A stretch of 64,000 bases of DNA from Terrimicrobiaceae bacterium (GTDB lineage Bacteria; Verrucomicrobiota; Verrucomicrobiia; Chthoniobacterales; Terrimicrobiaceae), in assembly GCA_041675465.1 (NCBI GenBank), contig JBAYTU010000002.1, positions 17,821 to 81,820 of the forward strand. Direction: 5' to 3'. A model generated the notes under the pieces. It saw nothing but the letters and a program-made list of their open reading frames with translations, was not told the DNA's origin and did not search any database. Shown here in pieces: positions 8,851 to 18,278 of this stretch; position 1 is the first letter of the stretch, and the number at the start of each line of letters is the position of its first letter. A program made the translations under genes and the position numbers.

Positions 8851-8878
8851 GCAACCCCTGCTCTCCGATCTCCGGGAA
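8851..8878 (+). repeat. Copy 2 of the 28-nt direct repeat (intergenic, upstream of vapBC-2)
   Basis: Same 28-mer, same orientation, starting 2531 bp from copy 1. Confidence 0.95.
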
Positions 8879-8945
8879 TCATGGTATCGAGGATAGCCCG
8901 GGCTGCGGACTGTTGCCAGAAAAAGGCAGGGGCCGTCTGCTTGGG

Positions 8946-9398
8946 TTAAGACTTGGCAGCACCCGGATCCTCATACCGGAGGACGCGCGCGATGAGCCTG
9001 CAGACGGGGCTTGTCCGGAGATTTTCGTTGTCGTCAAGGGTCAGCGAGCGGATCTTCTGCGATGCTTCACGGATTGGCCCACCCCGAACATCGGCAGCGG
9101 CACAAAGCGGCAAGATCAACTCCGCTGCCTCGTCAAGCTTCTTGAGGCTTTCGCTGCTCAACGGCTCCGAGACCGCCTGATGGGAGAGCATCTCGGCCCC
9201 CAGCAGGATCTCCGGATCGCTTTGGGAAGTTCGCCGCAGTTCTTCGCACTGGAGCCTGAGGGCAAAGTCCATCTGGAGCATTTCAGTGGCGATCTTGCGC
9301 CGCAGCGACACAAGCTGGTTGAATTTTCCGATGACGAAAAGCACGGTGGCGGCCGTCAAAACGGCTGACGCGCAAACGATGAGCGAAACCATCATCAT
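8946..9398 (-). CDS. Single-pass membrane protein, weakly LemA-like
   Basis: 150 aa. N-terminal TM helix followed by KFNQLVSLRRKIATEMLQMDFAL, which resembles the LemA N-terminal region. 4-nt overlap with the upstream gene. Confidence 0.35.
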   Translation of the reverse strand: MMMVSLIVCASAVLTAATVLFVIGKFNQLVSLRRKIATEMLQMDFALRLQCEELRRTSQSDPEILLGAEMLSHQAVSEPLSSESLKKLDEAAELILPLCAAADVRGGPIREASQKIRSLTLDDNENLRTSPVCRLIARVLRYEDPGAAKS

Positions 9399-10051
9399 CG
9401 CCGCCAGAATTGCAGAAGCCGAAGCAAGTCGGACAATGGCGACAAGGACTCCCCGATGATCGGAAGCCGGATCAACCGCTCCACGACGCCGACCCCGTTC
9501 CGGCGGGCCCAGCGGTTGTATTGCCGGATATTGTGCTGGAAATACGGGTCGTTGCGCTTTTTCGATGCGGAGGATTCGGGGTGCGACACATGGTCAATGA
9601 ACCCGAAGTGCGAGGAGTAACGGCCAGCCAGGACGGCCGCGCGGGTCAGCCACCAATCCACATGGGTGGCTCCGCACCAGAGATCGGGCAGGTCTTTCGA
9701 CAAGATATCGTCCCAGAACGCATCGGGGATCAGATACATGTCCACCCCGCCGCAGAATTCGCCGGAGGGAATCTCCCGCCGGTGAAATCCCCTCACGGTG
9801 AACCCGTCGTCGATCGAATAAGGATCCGCAGTGAGGACGACATCGGAATTGCACCATACGAAACTTCCACCGCGGGATCGCTCCCTGGCATGGCGGAGAA
9901 CATCCGCGAATTTCACAAGCTTCGGGCCCGCCGGAAAAAGCGCCGCTTCCAACCCGAGAGCATGGACGCTGTCTCTCAGCCGCGCCTGGGATTCGGCAAG
10001 GCGGGCATTCGGGCAGGGATCAATCCACTGAAAGGTAATTTGAGGGATCAT
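9395..10051 (-). CDS. Hypothetical protein, possibly a small GT-A-like domain
   Basis: Trimmed to ATG 10051 (MIPQITFQWID...), giving an ATGA overlap with the upstream stop. FVWCNSDVVL and GGVDMYLIP hint at a DxD-type fold. No family recognised. Confidence 0.4.
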   Translation of the reverse strand: MIPQITFQWIDPCPNARLAESQARLRDSVHALGLEAALFPAGPKLVKFADVLRHARERSRGGSFVWCNSDVVLTADPYSIDDGFTVRGFHRREIPSGEFCGGVDMYLIPDAFWDDILSKDLPDLWCGATHVDWWLTRAAVLAGRYSSHFGFIDHVSHPESSASKKRNDPYFQHNIRQYNRWARRNGVGVVERLIRLPIIGESLSPLSDLLRLLQFWRR

Positions 10052-10884
10052 GTCACATCCTGCGGGACCGTTTCCCAAAACGCACGGTCATGTTTTGCCC
10101 ATGCATGACATCCAAAAGGCAGGAGCCCCTGAGTTCTTTCAAAGCAAAGCCGCGGCTCGACTTCGAATGCAAAGCGCAGGGCCTCATCAACGGGTGGCTT
10201 GGCATATTCCTTTGCGATGCGCAGCACATCCAACGCCCAAAAGCGGTCCTCGTTTTCCCCGTAATTGTCGAGTTCCTCCGCGACAGTCCAGAGGCCCAGG
10301 TGTTGCTTGATCCGCTTCCGGCAGTTCGTGATCAGCCACCCGGAAAAGTCCGGTCCGGGCAGGTGAATCGGGGGAATGGGAAAGAGGGAGCCCCGCTTGA
10401 CCCGCTTTGCCAGGACGGCCCTTGCGGTGGAAACTTTGCGCAGTGAAAACCCGCCATTGCCGACTTTCCATTCCCGACCGTCCCCCGGCTTCCCGGCCGC
10501 GTTCTCCAGCCATGGAGCACCGATATAGTCATAGTTTCTGGAACACCAGAGATCCAGTTCGTCGCGAAAAACAAGGCAGTCCAACTGATAAACAAGCATG
10601 TGCGAAAACCGGCGGAAGCCGTTGTAAAAACAGGCACTCATCAGGAGCCGGTTGTATCCGTAGGGATAGGTGAAATACCTGGCGGGAAAACGGACGACCG
10701 ATTCCCCCTGCAAAAATTCCGCAGGCACGGCCATCCCCGAAGGAACAACGAAAAAGCGGGGGTGCTTTCCGAGCACCTTCCGCAACACCCGCAGCGAAAC
10801 TTCCTCGTCTTCCGTGAGGGGAAGGCGGTGCAAGGGAACGACAACGGCGGCGCTTTTCACCTGGCTTGGAGATTCGCTTGCCAT
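10048..10884 (-). CDS. DUF5672-like protein (putative glycan-modifying enzyme)
   Basis: 278 aa. YDYIGAPW...GNGGFSLRK...PFGCHAW pattern as remembered for DUF5672. Confidence 0.55.
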   Translation of the reverse strand: MASESPSQVKSAAVVVPLHRLPLTEDEEVSLRVLRKVLGKHPRFFVVPSGMAVPAEFLQGESVVRFPARYFTYPYGYNRLLMSACFYNGFRRFSHMLVYQLDCLVFRDELDLWCSRNYDYIGAPWLENAAGKPGDGREWKVGNGGFSLRKVSTARAVLAKRVKRGSLFPIPPIHLPGPDFSGWLITNCRKRIKQHLGLWTVAEELDNYGENEDRFWALDVLRIAKEYAKPPVDEALRFAFEVEPRLCFERTQGLLPFGCHAWAKHDRAFWETVPQDVT

Positions 10885-10893
10885 AACAGGCCC

Positions 10894-13308
10894 TCAGAAA
10901 TAACGGTGCGCCACAGCCAGCCATGCGGTGCACTGGATCACCATGCATGCCAGACAGACTCCCGCGTTCACTGGCGCGGGCCCGATCTGCGGCCATTCGA
11001 TCCTTTCGAACAGGCGGCGGAACCCCTCGTAGGCGAGGGTCAGGATCAGCAAATACGCACCGATCAAATAGCGTCCCGTGATGCCGTTGAGCGCGGAGTA
11101 GTAGCCGGCGGCAACGCACACAACAAACGCTGACAAGGCAACGATGTTGGCCGCCAAAAACCCGGCTCCTTCAGGATATCCGTTGGATTTGAGCGACAAA
11201 TAAAAAAGGATCACCAGTCCGGCGGACGCCGTGTATTTGATCGCCCCGATCAACACTTCCGGGAGCGGCGTGTCCAACCATCCGAAAACGCCCCAGAACG
11301 ACTGCGAAACCAACCAGTCGGATTTGCCGGGACCGAACCCCTCAAAAAACGAATACAGCACCTTCAAAACATACGCGAAAATCCCCGCCGCGTGGTCTTC
11401 CGGGATCCGGGAACTTGCCGCGAAAACCACGAACAAAATTAGGCCGACCCCAAAAACGCCAACAGCCGGTTTTGCAAATCGCGCGACTCCCGAACGACCG
11501 GCCAGGAACCCCGCGCGGAGCATGACAAACGAAAAGACGGTCACGGCGGTCACAAAACCGATGCCCATTAATGTTTTCACCCCCAACCAGGGAAGCCCGA
11601 CGCCGGAGAGAACCGCTTTGAGAAAGGAAGGCAGCAGGATCGGGATGATATCGAAATCCGAGGCGCTCAACCCCGTGAGGAACCAGCAAACGGTCATGGC
11701 TCCGATGAACGCGAAAACAAACGCCCGCCAGCACCCGATTTCGGCCGGGCGTTCCGCAGCCCGCGCCCCCCTGGCATACCAGTAAAGCGGGATCAGCAGC
11801 GCCCAGAACGACATGCAAAAAACACCGTTGTCGCCTGCTCCAACCGCCAGGGCAATTCCCGTCCCGCACAAACCGCCTGCCGCCGCCTGAACCCCGGGCT
11901 TTTTCTCCGTTTCCGCGGACTGTGCCCACTGCACCGCGAGGGCGACGGCCTGGATCAGATACCCCCCGATGAGAAACGGATAATTGGAAAGCCCCACCGA
12001 AAAAAAACTGATGCACGGGGTCAGGATGGCGGGTGCCGCCATGAAGACCGAGCCCCCCCCGGGTTGCAGTGCCCGGGCCGCAACCGTCAGGGAGGCCAGG
12101 AGGCAGAGCGTGACAAAAAGCACGTTGGCGAAGCGGAGCCCCAGCAACATGGCCCCCGGCTGATCCGTTTGGAAAAGCGGGCTGAGAAGCGACCAGATCC
12201 GGCGTGCGAGCGGCGACCGCCGCGTATCGGTCGCCTCGATATGGGCCGCCCAGCCTCCTTGCATGGGCTCGCCGATATCCAGGGCGGAATACTTTTCATC
12301 CGTGCGGAATTTCAGGCGCTCAAAATGGGCCGCATTGGCCAATCGAAGCGCATCCGAAGCCAGCCCGGGCCTGCCGTTCAGCGCCGAGTAGGCCAGGAAA
12401 TGATCCGGTTCATCCGGGGTTTGGAACGGCGGCACCAGAATGAGGAAGACGAGCCCGATGCTGAAAAAAAGAAGGCTGGAACCCACGGCGGCCCATACCC
12501 CCTGCAGTGCAGTGTCGGCTCCCGGAACGGCCCGGGTCAACGCGATGAGGCCGAGCAGCCAGACAACGGCGGCGGCGGCCACAAGGCCATGTACGATCCA
12601 TGCGCCGCCGGTGCCACCCCCCCATGTGCAGGCAAGGAGCCCGGCTTTGGAACAGGCCCCGCCCTTCCGCCCGCTCTCGTAAACCCCGCACACGCTTGCC
12701 ACACCGGCCTTCCCCTGCAACGAAGTCGTCGGCATCCAGAGAAACGCCGATTTCGGGATCCCTTCCGAAAATTGCCCGATCACCGCCAGATTGGGGGAAC
12801 CGCGACTGACAACATGGACGGCGACACTTTGCTTTCCCGGCACCGGTCCCGCCGCCACCGGGCCCCGTTCGAATTCAAGCAGCCGGTTCTCCCGGATCAC
12901 CGCCCCCTTTTTTGCCGCAAATCTTCCAGTCACTTTGCCGGAGGACTTTTCCGACAGGACGATTTCTGCGGAGACGACCTCTGCAGGCGTCCAATCGCAC
13001 ACCATCAGAAGCCCGATTTCCGGCGAATTCAACAAACGGTCCGCCGCATCACTTTCCATGAAGATGGCGTGATGATGGAGCCCTGCCGGAGATTCGAGCC
13101 GTTGGAAGGGAATCGTCACCCTGTTCGGATCCCCATAAGGAACGAGGAGGAAGTCCTCGGCCCTGCCCTGAAGACCCGCGCGTCCCAGGGAAACGAAAAG
13201 AATCACAAAGCCAAGAAGCGAAAGCATCGCCGCCCGCCTGCTCCATGTCGCAAGAAATCCGGCCTCCCCGCCCACAAAAAATCTGGCGACGCTCTTTAGG
13301 GAAATCAT
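10894..13308 (-). CDS. Polytopic membrane protein, DUF2142/GT-C-like, with a large N-terminal extracytoplasmic domain
   Basis: Many TM helices. PPFQTPDEPDHFLAY motif after TM2. About 220 aa of non-membrane sequence lies between TM1 and TM2. Start uncertain: ATG 13308, or TTG 13395 as in the ORF track. Confidence 0.6.
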   Translation of the reverse strand: MISLKSVARFFVGGEAGFLATWSRRAAMLSLLGFVILFVSLGRAGLQGRAEDFLLVPYGDPNRVTIPFQRLESPAGLHHHAIFMESDAADRLLNSPEIGLLMVCDWTPAEVVSAEIVLSEKSSGKVTGRFAAKKGAVIRENRLLEFERGPVAAGPVPGKQSVAVHVVSRGSPNLAVIGQFSEGIPKSAFLWMPTTSLQGKAGVASVCGVYESGRKGGACSKAGLLACTWGGGTGGAWIVHGLVAAAAVVWLLGLIALTRAVPGADTALQGVWAAVGSSLLFFSIGLVFLILVPPFQTPDEPDHFLAYSALNGRPGLASDALRLANAAHFERLKFRTDEKYSALDIGEPMQGGWAAHIEATDTRRSPLARRIWSLLSPLFQTDQPGAMLLGLRFANVLFVTLCLLASLTVAARALQPGGGSVFMAAPAILTPCISFFSVGLSNYPFLIGGYLIQAVALAVQWAQSAETEKKPGVQAAAGGLCGTGIALAVGAGDNGVFCMSFWALLIPLYWYARGARAAERPAEIGCWRAFVFAFIGAMTVCWFLTGLSASDFDIIPILLPSFLKAVLSGVGLPWLGVKTLMGIGFVTAVTVFSFVMLRAGFLAGRSGVARFAKPAVGVFGVGLILFVVFAASSRIPEDHAAGIFAYVLKVLYSFFEGFGPGKSDWLVSQSFWGVFGWLDTPLPEVLIGAIKYTASAGLVILFYLSLKSNGYPEGAGFLAANIVALSAFVVCVAAGYYSALNGITGRYLIGAYLLILTLAYEGFRRLFERIEWPQIGPAPVNAGVCLACMVIQCTAWLAVAHRYF

Positions 13309-13396
13309 TTCGTGAGAAAACCGTTGGTTTTCGGTGCGCGGTCCGGAGAAGCGGGCGTTCGGGGAGGGATCGCGCGCGAACTGCCGTCGGCCCAAC

Positions 13397-15304
13397 TCAG
13401 TTCACCTGCACGGCATATTCCGGCACCAGGCGGTTGATCCATGCCTTCACTTCCGCGGGATCCATTTTGACAATTTCCTGCTCGACTTTCGCCCATTCCG
13501 CGTCGAGATCCGGGAAGTCCGCCGACGGGACGGACAGCTTCCGAATCTTCGGATGGTGGGTCGGGGAGAGGATCTCGTTTTCGTAGGTGACTTCCTCGGA
13601 CATCTTCTCCCCGGGCCGCAGTCCCGTGAAATGGATTTTTATGTCTTCTTCGGGGCGCAGACCGGAAAGCTCTATGAGCTGCCGGGCGACATCCACGATG
13701 CGCATGGGGTGGCCCATATCCAAGACAAAGACATCGCCCGCCCCCCCTTCGGCGGCGCACTGGAGAACCAGACCAACGGCTTCCGGAATCGTCATAAAAT
13801 ACCTCATCACCTCCGGATGCGTGACGGTCACCGGACCGCCCTTCGCAATCTGGCTCTGAAAAATCGGGATCACGCTGCCGGACGATCCGAGAACATTCCC
13901 GAAGCGGACCGCCAGGAATCTCGTCTCCGCACCCGGTTCGCGCTGGAGCGCCTGAAGGTAAATTTCGGCGAGCCTCTTCGTGGCCCCCATCACATTCGTG
14001 GGGCGCACCGCCTTGTCGCTCGAAATCAGGACAAAGCGCTCCGTGCCGTGCCTGGCGGCAAGCCGGGCGATCGTGCGTGTCCCGATCAGGTTGTTGGTGA
14101 CGGCTTCAGCGGGGTGGGACTCCATCATCGGCACATGCTTGTGCGCGGCCGCGTGGAAAATCACGGACGGGCGGTGCTTCGAGATCACGGCTTCCACCCT
14201 CGCGGCATCGTTGATGTCTGCCGGAAAGGCCATGATTTTTTCCGCAGGAAAGGTTTTGAGGAGCTCCTGCTCTATCAGGAAAAGCGCCGCTTCCGAGCGC
14301 TCGAGAAGGATCACTTTCCCCGGGTCATACAATGAGATCTGTCGACAGATTTCACTGCCGATGCTCCCCCCAGCACCCGTGACAAGCAAGGTTTTGCCCT
14401 CGACCATCGCCCGGATATTTCCGGCATTCAGATCCACGGCATCTCTTCCGAGAAGGTCTTCGATCTGGACATGCCTGAGGCTGAGAACCGCCGCGCCTGA
14501 CTTCAGGGACTGCGCCAACGTCGGGAGAATATCGTGTTCGAGATCGACCGCGTTCAGCAGCGCAACAACCTCCCGGATTCTCGCAGCCGGGGCATTCGGC
14601 ATCGCGATAATCGCCTTGCTGATCTGCAAATCCCGCCTGACCCGGCCGATGTCGTCCGGCTTTCCGACAACCGGAACCCCGTGAAGAAGAGTCCCGCTCT
14701 TGCGGGGATCATCATCGAGGTAGCACACCACTTTCAAATTCAGCCCGGGACGCGCACGGATCTCGCTGTGGAGCCTGGCCCCGCTGTTTCCGGCCCCGAG
14801 GATCGCCACCCGTTTCATGTGCGCACCATCGTTGCCTCCTTCGGAGAGCTTCTCGCGGATGACGCGGAACCCCGTCCTCATGCCGGCGATGCCCACGAAA
14901 CAGACGATGGCATCGAGGATAATGATGCTCCGGGGCGGAAAGAACCTCACGTATGGCGTGTAGCGCAGGGCCAGCATCAAAACCGCCGGAACCGCCACCG
15001 CAAAGAAAAGCCGCTTCAAATCCGGGAGGCTGAAATAGGTCAGGAGGCTGCGGAACTGGCCGAAAAAAAACAGGGACACCAACTGAAGCGGAAGCAGGAT
15101 GCCGAGCAACTTCGGCCACCTTGCGGCCTGGTCCGCCGGGACGTCGAAATCAAACCGGACCAGATACCCGAGAAGGAACGAGCCCGCGAGGATGGCCGCG
15201 TATATCAAAAAGAGCATCGCCGCCCGTGCCGGGGGGGTAAGCGGTGTCAGCCTGTCGGTCAGTTTTGCCATGAATTTCCGTTCGTTTGATTTGCTGGATG
15301 TCAC
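13397..15304 (-). CDS. Membrane-anchored UDP-HexNAc 4,6-dehydratase (CapD/PglF/WbpM family)
   Basis: 635 aa. Four N-terminal TM helices, then LLVTGAGGSIGSEICRQI and MGATKRLAE. GTGA overlap start; alternative ATG at 15271. Confidence 0.9.
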   Translation of the reverse strand: MTSSKSNERKFMAKLTDRLTPLTPPARAAMLFLIYAAILAGSFLLGYLVRFDFDVPADQAARWPKLLGILLPLQLVSLFFFGQFRSLLTYFSLPDLKRLFFAVAVPAVLMLALRYTPYVRFFPPRSIIILDAIVCFVGIAGMRTGFRVIREKLSEGGNDGAHMKRVAILGAGNSGARLHSEIRARPGLNLKVVCYLDDDPRKSGTLLHGVPVVGKPDDIGRVRRDLQISKAIIAMPNAPAARIREVVALLNAVDLEHDILPTLAQSLKSGAAVLSLRHVQIEDLLGRDAVDLNAGNIRAMVEGKTLLVTGAGGSIGSEICRQISLYDPGKVILLERSEAALFLIEQELLKTFPAEKIMAFPADINDAARVEAVISKHRPSVIFHAAAHKHVPMMESHPAEAVTNNLIGTRTIARLAARHGTERFVLISSDKAVRPTNVMGATKRLAEIYLQALQREPGAETRFLAVRFGNVLGSSGSVIPIFQSQIAKGGPVTVTHPEVMRYFMTIPEAVGLVLQCAAEGGAGDVFVLDMGHPMRIVDVARQLIELSGLRPEEDIKIHFTGLRPGEKMSEEVTYENEILSPTHHPKIRKLSVPSADFPDLDAEWAKVEQEIVKMDPAEVKAWINRLVPEYAVQVN

Positions 15305-16263
15305 CTCGCAACTGTGCGCCGGAGACCTTCATCGACCCCGATGAGCGGCTTCCAGCCAACCCGCTCGAATGTCCGGGCGGAATCCACAAACAAGTTGCCG
15401 CACAATTTGCGGAAAACATCCATCCCGAACATGAAGTCCATCGAGAGCAGAAGGGATTTCGGGAAAGGGATCAGACGGCAGGGCGACTGCGTGACTTTGG
15501 CGATCCTGCGGATGAGCTCCGGTGTGGACAGATCCTCTCCATCGCTGATCAGCAGCGGAAGGCCGACCGCTCCCGGCGCATGGATGCAATTCAAAATCAG
15601 GGAAACGAGATTGTCGATGCTCACAAGGCTCCGCTTGTTGCGGATCGACTTCAATGGGATCGGCGCCCCGGATTCCACCCAACGGATCAGCCGGAACATG
15701 TTCGCGACATTCCGCGGGCCGTAGACAAGGGGCGGGCGGATGATGACCAGCTCGATGTCCGACTGGTCGAGTTCCTCCCGCAGCACCAGCTCGGCCATCA
15801 GCTTGCTGCGCCCGTAGTCGGTATCGGGAAACGGGACGGTGGATTCGCTGATGGCGACCGGGCTGTGGCTGGCAACAGCCCCGATGCTGCTCACGAAGAT
15901 CATTCTCCTCACGCCGACCCGGCGGGCCTCCGATGCCAGCAGTCGCGCGTTCGTGATATTCGCGGTCTCAAGTGCCAGAGCGATATCGGACTTTTTGATC
16001 CGTCCGATCACCCCGATCCCCTCGGCCTTCCAATGAAAATGGGCCAGCCCTGCAAGATGGACAATGGTGTCGATGCCGTCCGCTGTCCCGCGCCAGTCGC
16101 AAAGCATTCCGCTGCTCGGCAGCGTAACCCACTCCACCCCGGAAATGTCGCCGGGCCCCCGGCTGGCCGCCCGCACGGCGTATCGGGCCTCCCGCAGCGC
16201 CGGAATCAGCGCCGAGGCGATGAAACCGGTGGCACCTGTGACGAGGATTTTTGAGGAAGGCAC
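15301..16263 (-). CDS. NAD-dependent epimerase/dehydratase (extended SDR)
   Basis: KILVTGATGFIASAL and DYGRSKLMAE (YxxxK). GTG start. Confidence 0.85.
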   Translation of the reverse strand: MPSSKILVTGATGFIASALIPALREARYAVRAASRGPGDISGVEWVTLPSSGMLCDWRGTADGIDTIVHLAGLAHFHWKAEGIGVIGRIKKSDIALALETANITNARLLASEARRVGVRRMIFVSSIGAVASHSPVAISESTVPFPDTDYGRSKLMAELVLREELDQSDIELVIIRPPLVYGPRNVANMFRLIRWVESGAPIPLKSIRNKRSLVSIDNLVSLILNCIHAPGAVGLPLLISDGEDLSTPELIRRIAKVTQSPCRLIPFPKSLLLSMDFMFGMDVFRKLCGNLFVDSARTFERVGWKPLIGVDEGLRRTVAR

Positions 16264-16284
16264 GGTGAGGAAATCCGCTATCGC

Positions 16285-17118
16285 TCAGAGCGGAAGCCCT
16301 TTTTTGAGCCGGAGCCGCTCGGCGATTTTTACGGCAATCATGAATTCATAAAAAGCGTAAAGGAGGCAAAAGACGAGCGATTCTTTTCCCTCCAGCCAGC
16401 CTCCGCGCAGGAAATACATGTGGGCGAAACGGGCCGGCGGCCTCAGCGGCCAGAGGTGCGCCGCCGCGACGCGGAGCCGGAGTTTTCGGGAAGTGGCCAG
16501 CGACGACGCATTGCCGGATTCGAGGAACCGCACAACCCTTTCCGCATCCCAGTCGGAATACCGCTCGTGGCGGGCCAGCCAGTCGGAAAACCCTTTCGAA
16601 TTGGCATGGTGGTCGTATGGGACGGCGATTTTCCCGATGCGGCCGCCACCGCTGAAATGCTCCCAGACCCCCCCCTCGAACCTTGTGTCACCGGCCCTCA
16701 CCAGGCGGGGATGCCAGTTCGGAAAGCCCTGGGTCCGCTTGAGCCACCGCCCCCAGAAGAGATACCTGGGAGTCATCTCGTAGGCGTCAAACCCGGCGTC
16801 GGAAGCTGCTGCCTTGCGAATTTCCGGAGCGAGATCGTCGGGGATCGTCTCGTCCGCATCAATGAAAAGCACCCAATCCCCACGCGAAAACCCGCAGTGG
16901 TCCAGGCACCAGTTCCGCTGCTCGCTGATCAGAAATTTCCCCTCCTGCCGACGGGTAAAAACCTCGGCCCCCAAAACGGCCGCCGCTTCCGGAGTGCCGT
17001 CGGAACTCCCGGAATCCACCACGCAAATCCGGTCGCACCAACGGAGCGAGGCAAGGCATCTCCGGATGTTGGCGCATTCGTCGAGCGTCAGGACAACCGC
17101 ATGGATCAATGTGCTCAC
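16285..17118 (-). CDS. GT2 glycosyltransferase
   Basis: ORF 16285..17286 trimmed to GTG 17118 (GTGA overlap with the upstream stop). VVLTLDECANIRRCLASLRWCDRICVVDSGSSDGT and FIDADE motifs. Confidence 0.8.
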   Translation of the reverse strand: MSTLIHAVVLTLDECANIRRCLASLRWCDRICVVDSGSSDGTPEAAAVLGAEVFTRRQEGKFLISEQRNWCLDHCGFSRGDWVLFIDADETIPDDLAPEIRKAAASDAGFDAYEMTPRYLFWGRWLKRTQGFPNWHPRLVRAGDTRFEGGVWEHFSGGGRIGKIAVPYDHHANSKGFSDWLARHERYSDWDAERVVRFLESGNASSLATSRKLRLRVAAAHLWPLRPPARFAHMYFLRGGWLEGKESLVFCLLYAFYEFMIAVKIAERLRLKKGLPL

Positions 17119-18278
17119 GTGTTCCCTTTCCCCGCCATTGTCGCCACCGCTTGCATCATGGCCAGCTCGAATGCCTGCGCCACCTTCGCCGATCCCAGCA
17201 AACCGCTTACAACGTCCGACCGCGACCGCCTCGCGGCGGGATCCTCCCGGCCTGCTCCCACAAAACGCCGGATCTCCCTCCTCCACAGACCGATCTCACG
17301 GGGGAGGGCGACCCCTTCCATCCACGCCGCCGCACCCACCTGATCAGAAACCAAGGCCCGGCACCCGCACGCGGCGGCCTCCACCGCGACATTCCCGAAA
17401 TTCTCGTGCAGGCTGGGCATCAACAGGCAATCGCTTCCCGCGTAGGCGGCACGGACTTCCCCGGGGGGGGACGAATCCAACCACACGGCACGGCCCTCGA
17501 GGCGAAACGCCCGGAGCCGCGCCTGCAACTCGCCGCGAACGCCGTTGCGGTCATCCCCGATGAGAATCCACTTCCACTTCCCTTCCACTCGCGCGAGAAC
17601 CTCGGGCAGCAATTCCAGTCCTTTTTTGTGGTGCAGCCTCCCGCAGCTCAACAGGACAAACTCATCTTCGCCAACCCCCAACCGCCGCCGCCAGGCATTC
17701 CCCTCTTCGGGATTCCACACCCAAAAATCCGTATCCAAAGGATTGGGGACGACCCGGACATTTTTCCTCCATCCCAGAAGCTTCATCTCCTCTTCCTCCA
17801 GGGGGGCGGTCGCGTGAATCCACGCGGCACGGGAAAGATGCCCCTTCTCCCGGAAGTGATAATACCCCCACTTCATAAGGCGGTTCCTGGTCCAGGCGTA
17901 GGGCCCGAGCGCCCCGTGCGGGGAAATTCCGTAGGGCACTTTCATGTCTCTGGCGACGCGTGCCGCCACGTTGCCGGCAGGCTGCCAAACGCCGGCGATA
18001 TGGACGATATCCGCGCGGGAAAAATGTTCCCTGCAAGCCGCCTCGTATCCCGGGGATCGGACCCTGCCGCTGCTCCCGAGAATCTCCCCCTCCGTGCGGA
18101 CGACCAGAACCCCTTGCATCTCCTCTTCGGGCAGCCGGTCGGCTCCCACGCGCGTCGTTACGACTGTGACTTGGTGCCGTCTCCGCGCGAGCGCTGGAAA
18201 TAGCTGCGCGGCCCACGTGACAACCCCTCCCCACTCCCAGTCCGGCGCATACAGCGGCGTGGCCAGAACAACCCTCAT
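17115..18278 (-). CDS. GT4 glycosyltransferase
   Basis: Trimmed to ATG 18278 (MRVVLATPLYAPDWEWGG), ATGA overlap. PSLHENFGNVAVEAAACGCRALVS. Confidence 0.85.
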   Translation of the reverse strand: MRVVLATPLYAPDWEWGGVVTWAAQLFPALARRRHQVTVVTTRVGADRLPEEEMQGVLVVRTEGEILGSSGRVRSPGYEAACREHFSRADIVHIAGVWQPAGNVAARVARDMKVPYGISPHGALGPYAWTRNRLMKWGYYHFREKGHLSRAAWIHATAPLEEEEMKLLGWRKNVRVVPNPLDTDFWVWNPEEGNAWRRRLGVGEDEFVLLSCGRLHHKKGLELLPEVLARVEGKWKWILIGDDRNGVRGELQARLRAFRLEGRAVWLDSSPPGEVRAAYAGSDCLLMPSLHENFGNVAVEAAACGCRALVSDQVGAAAWMEGVALPREIGLWRREIRRFVGAGREDPAARRSRSDVVSGLLGSAKVAQAFELAMMQAVATMAGKGNT

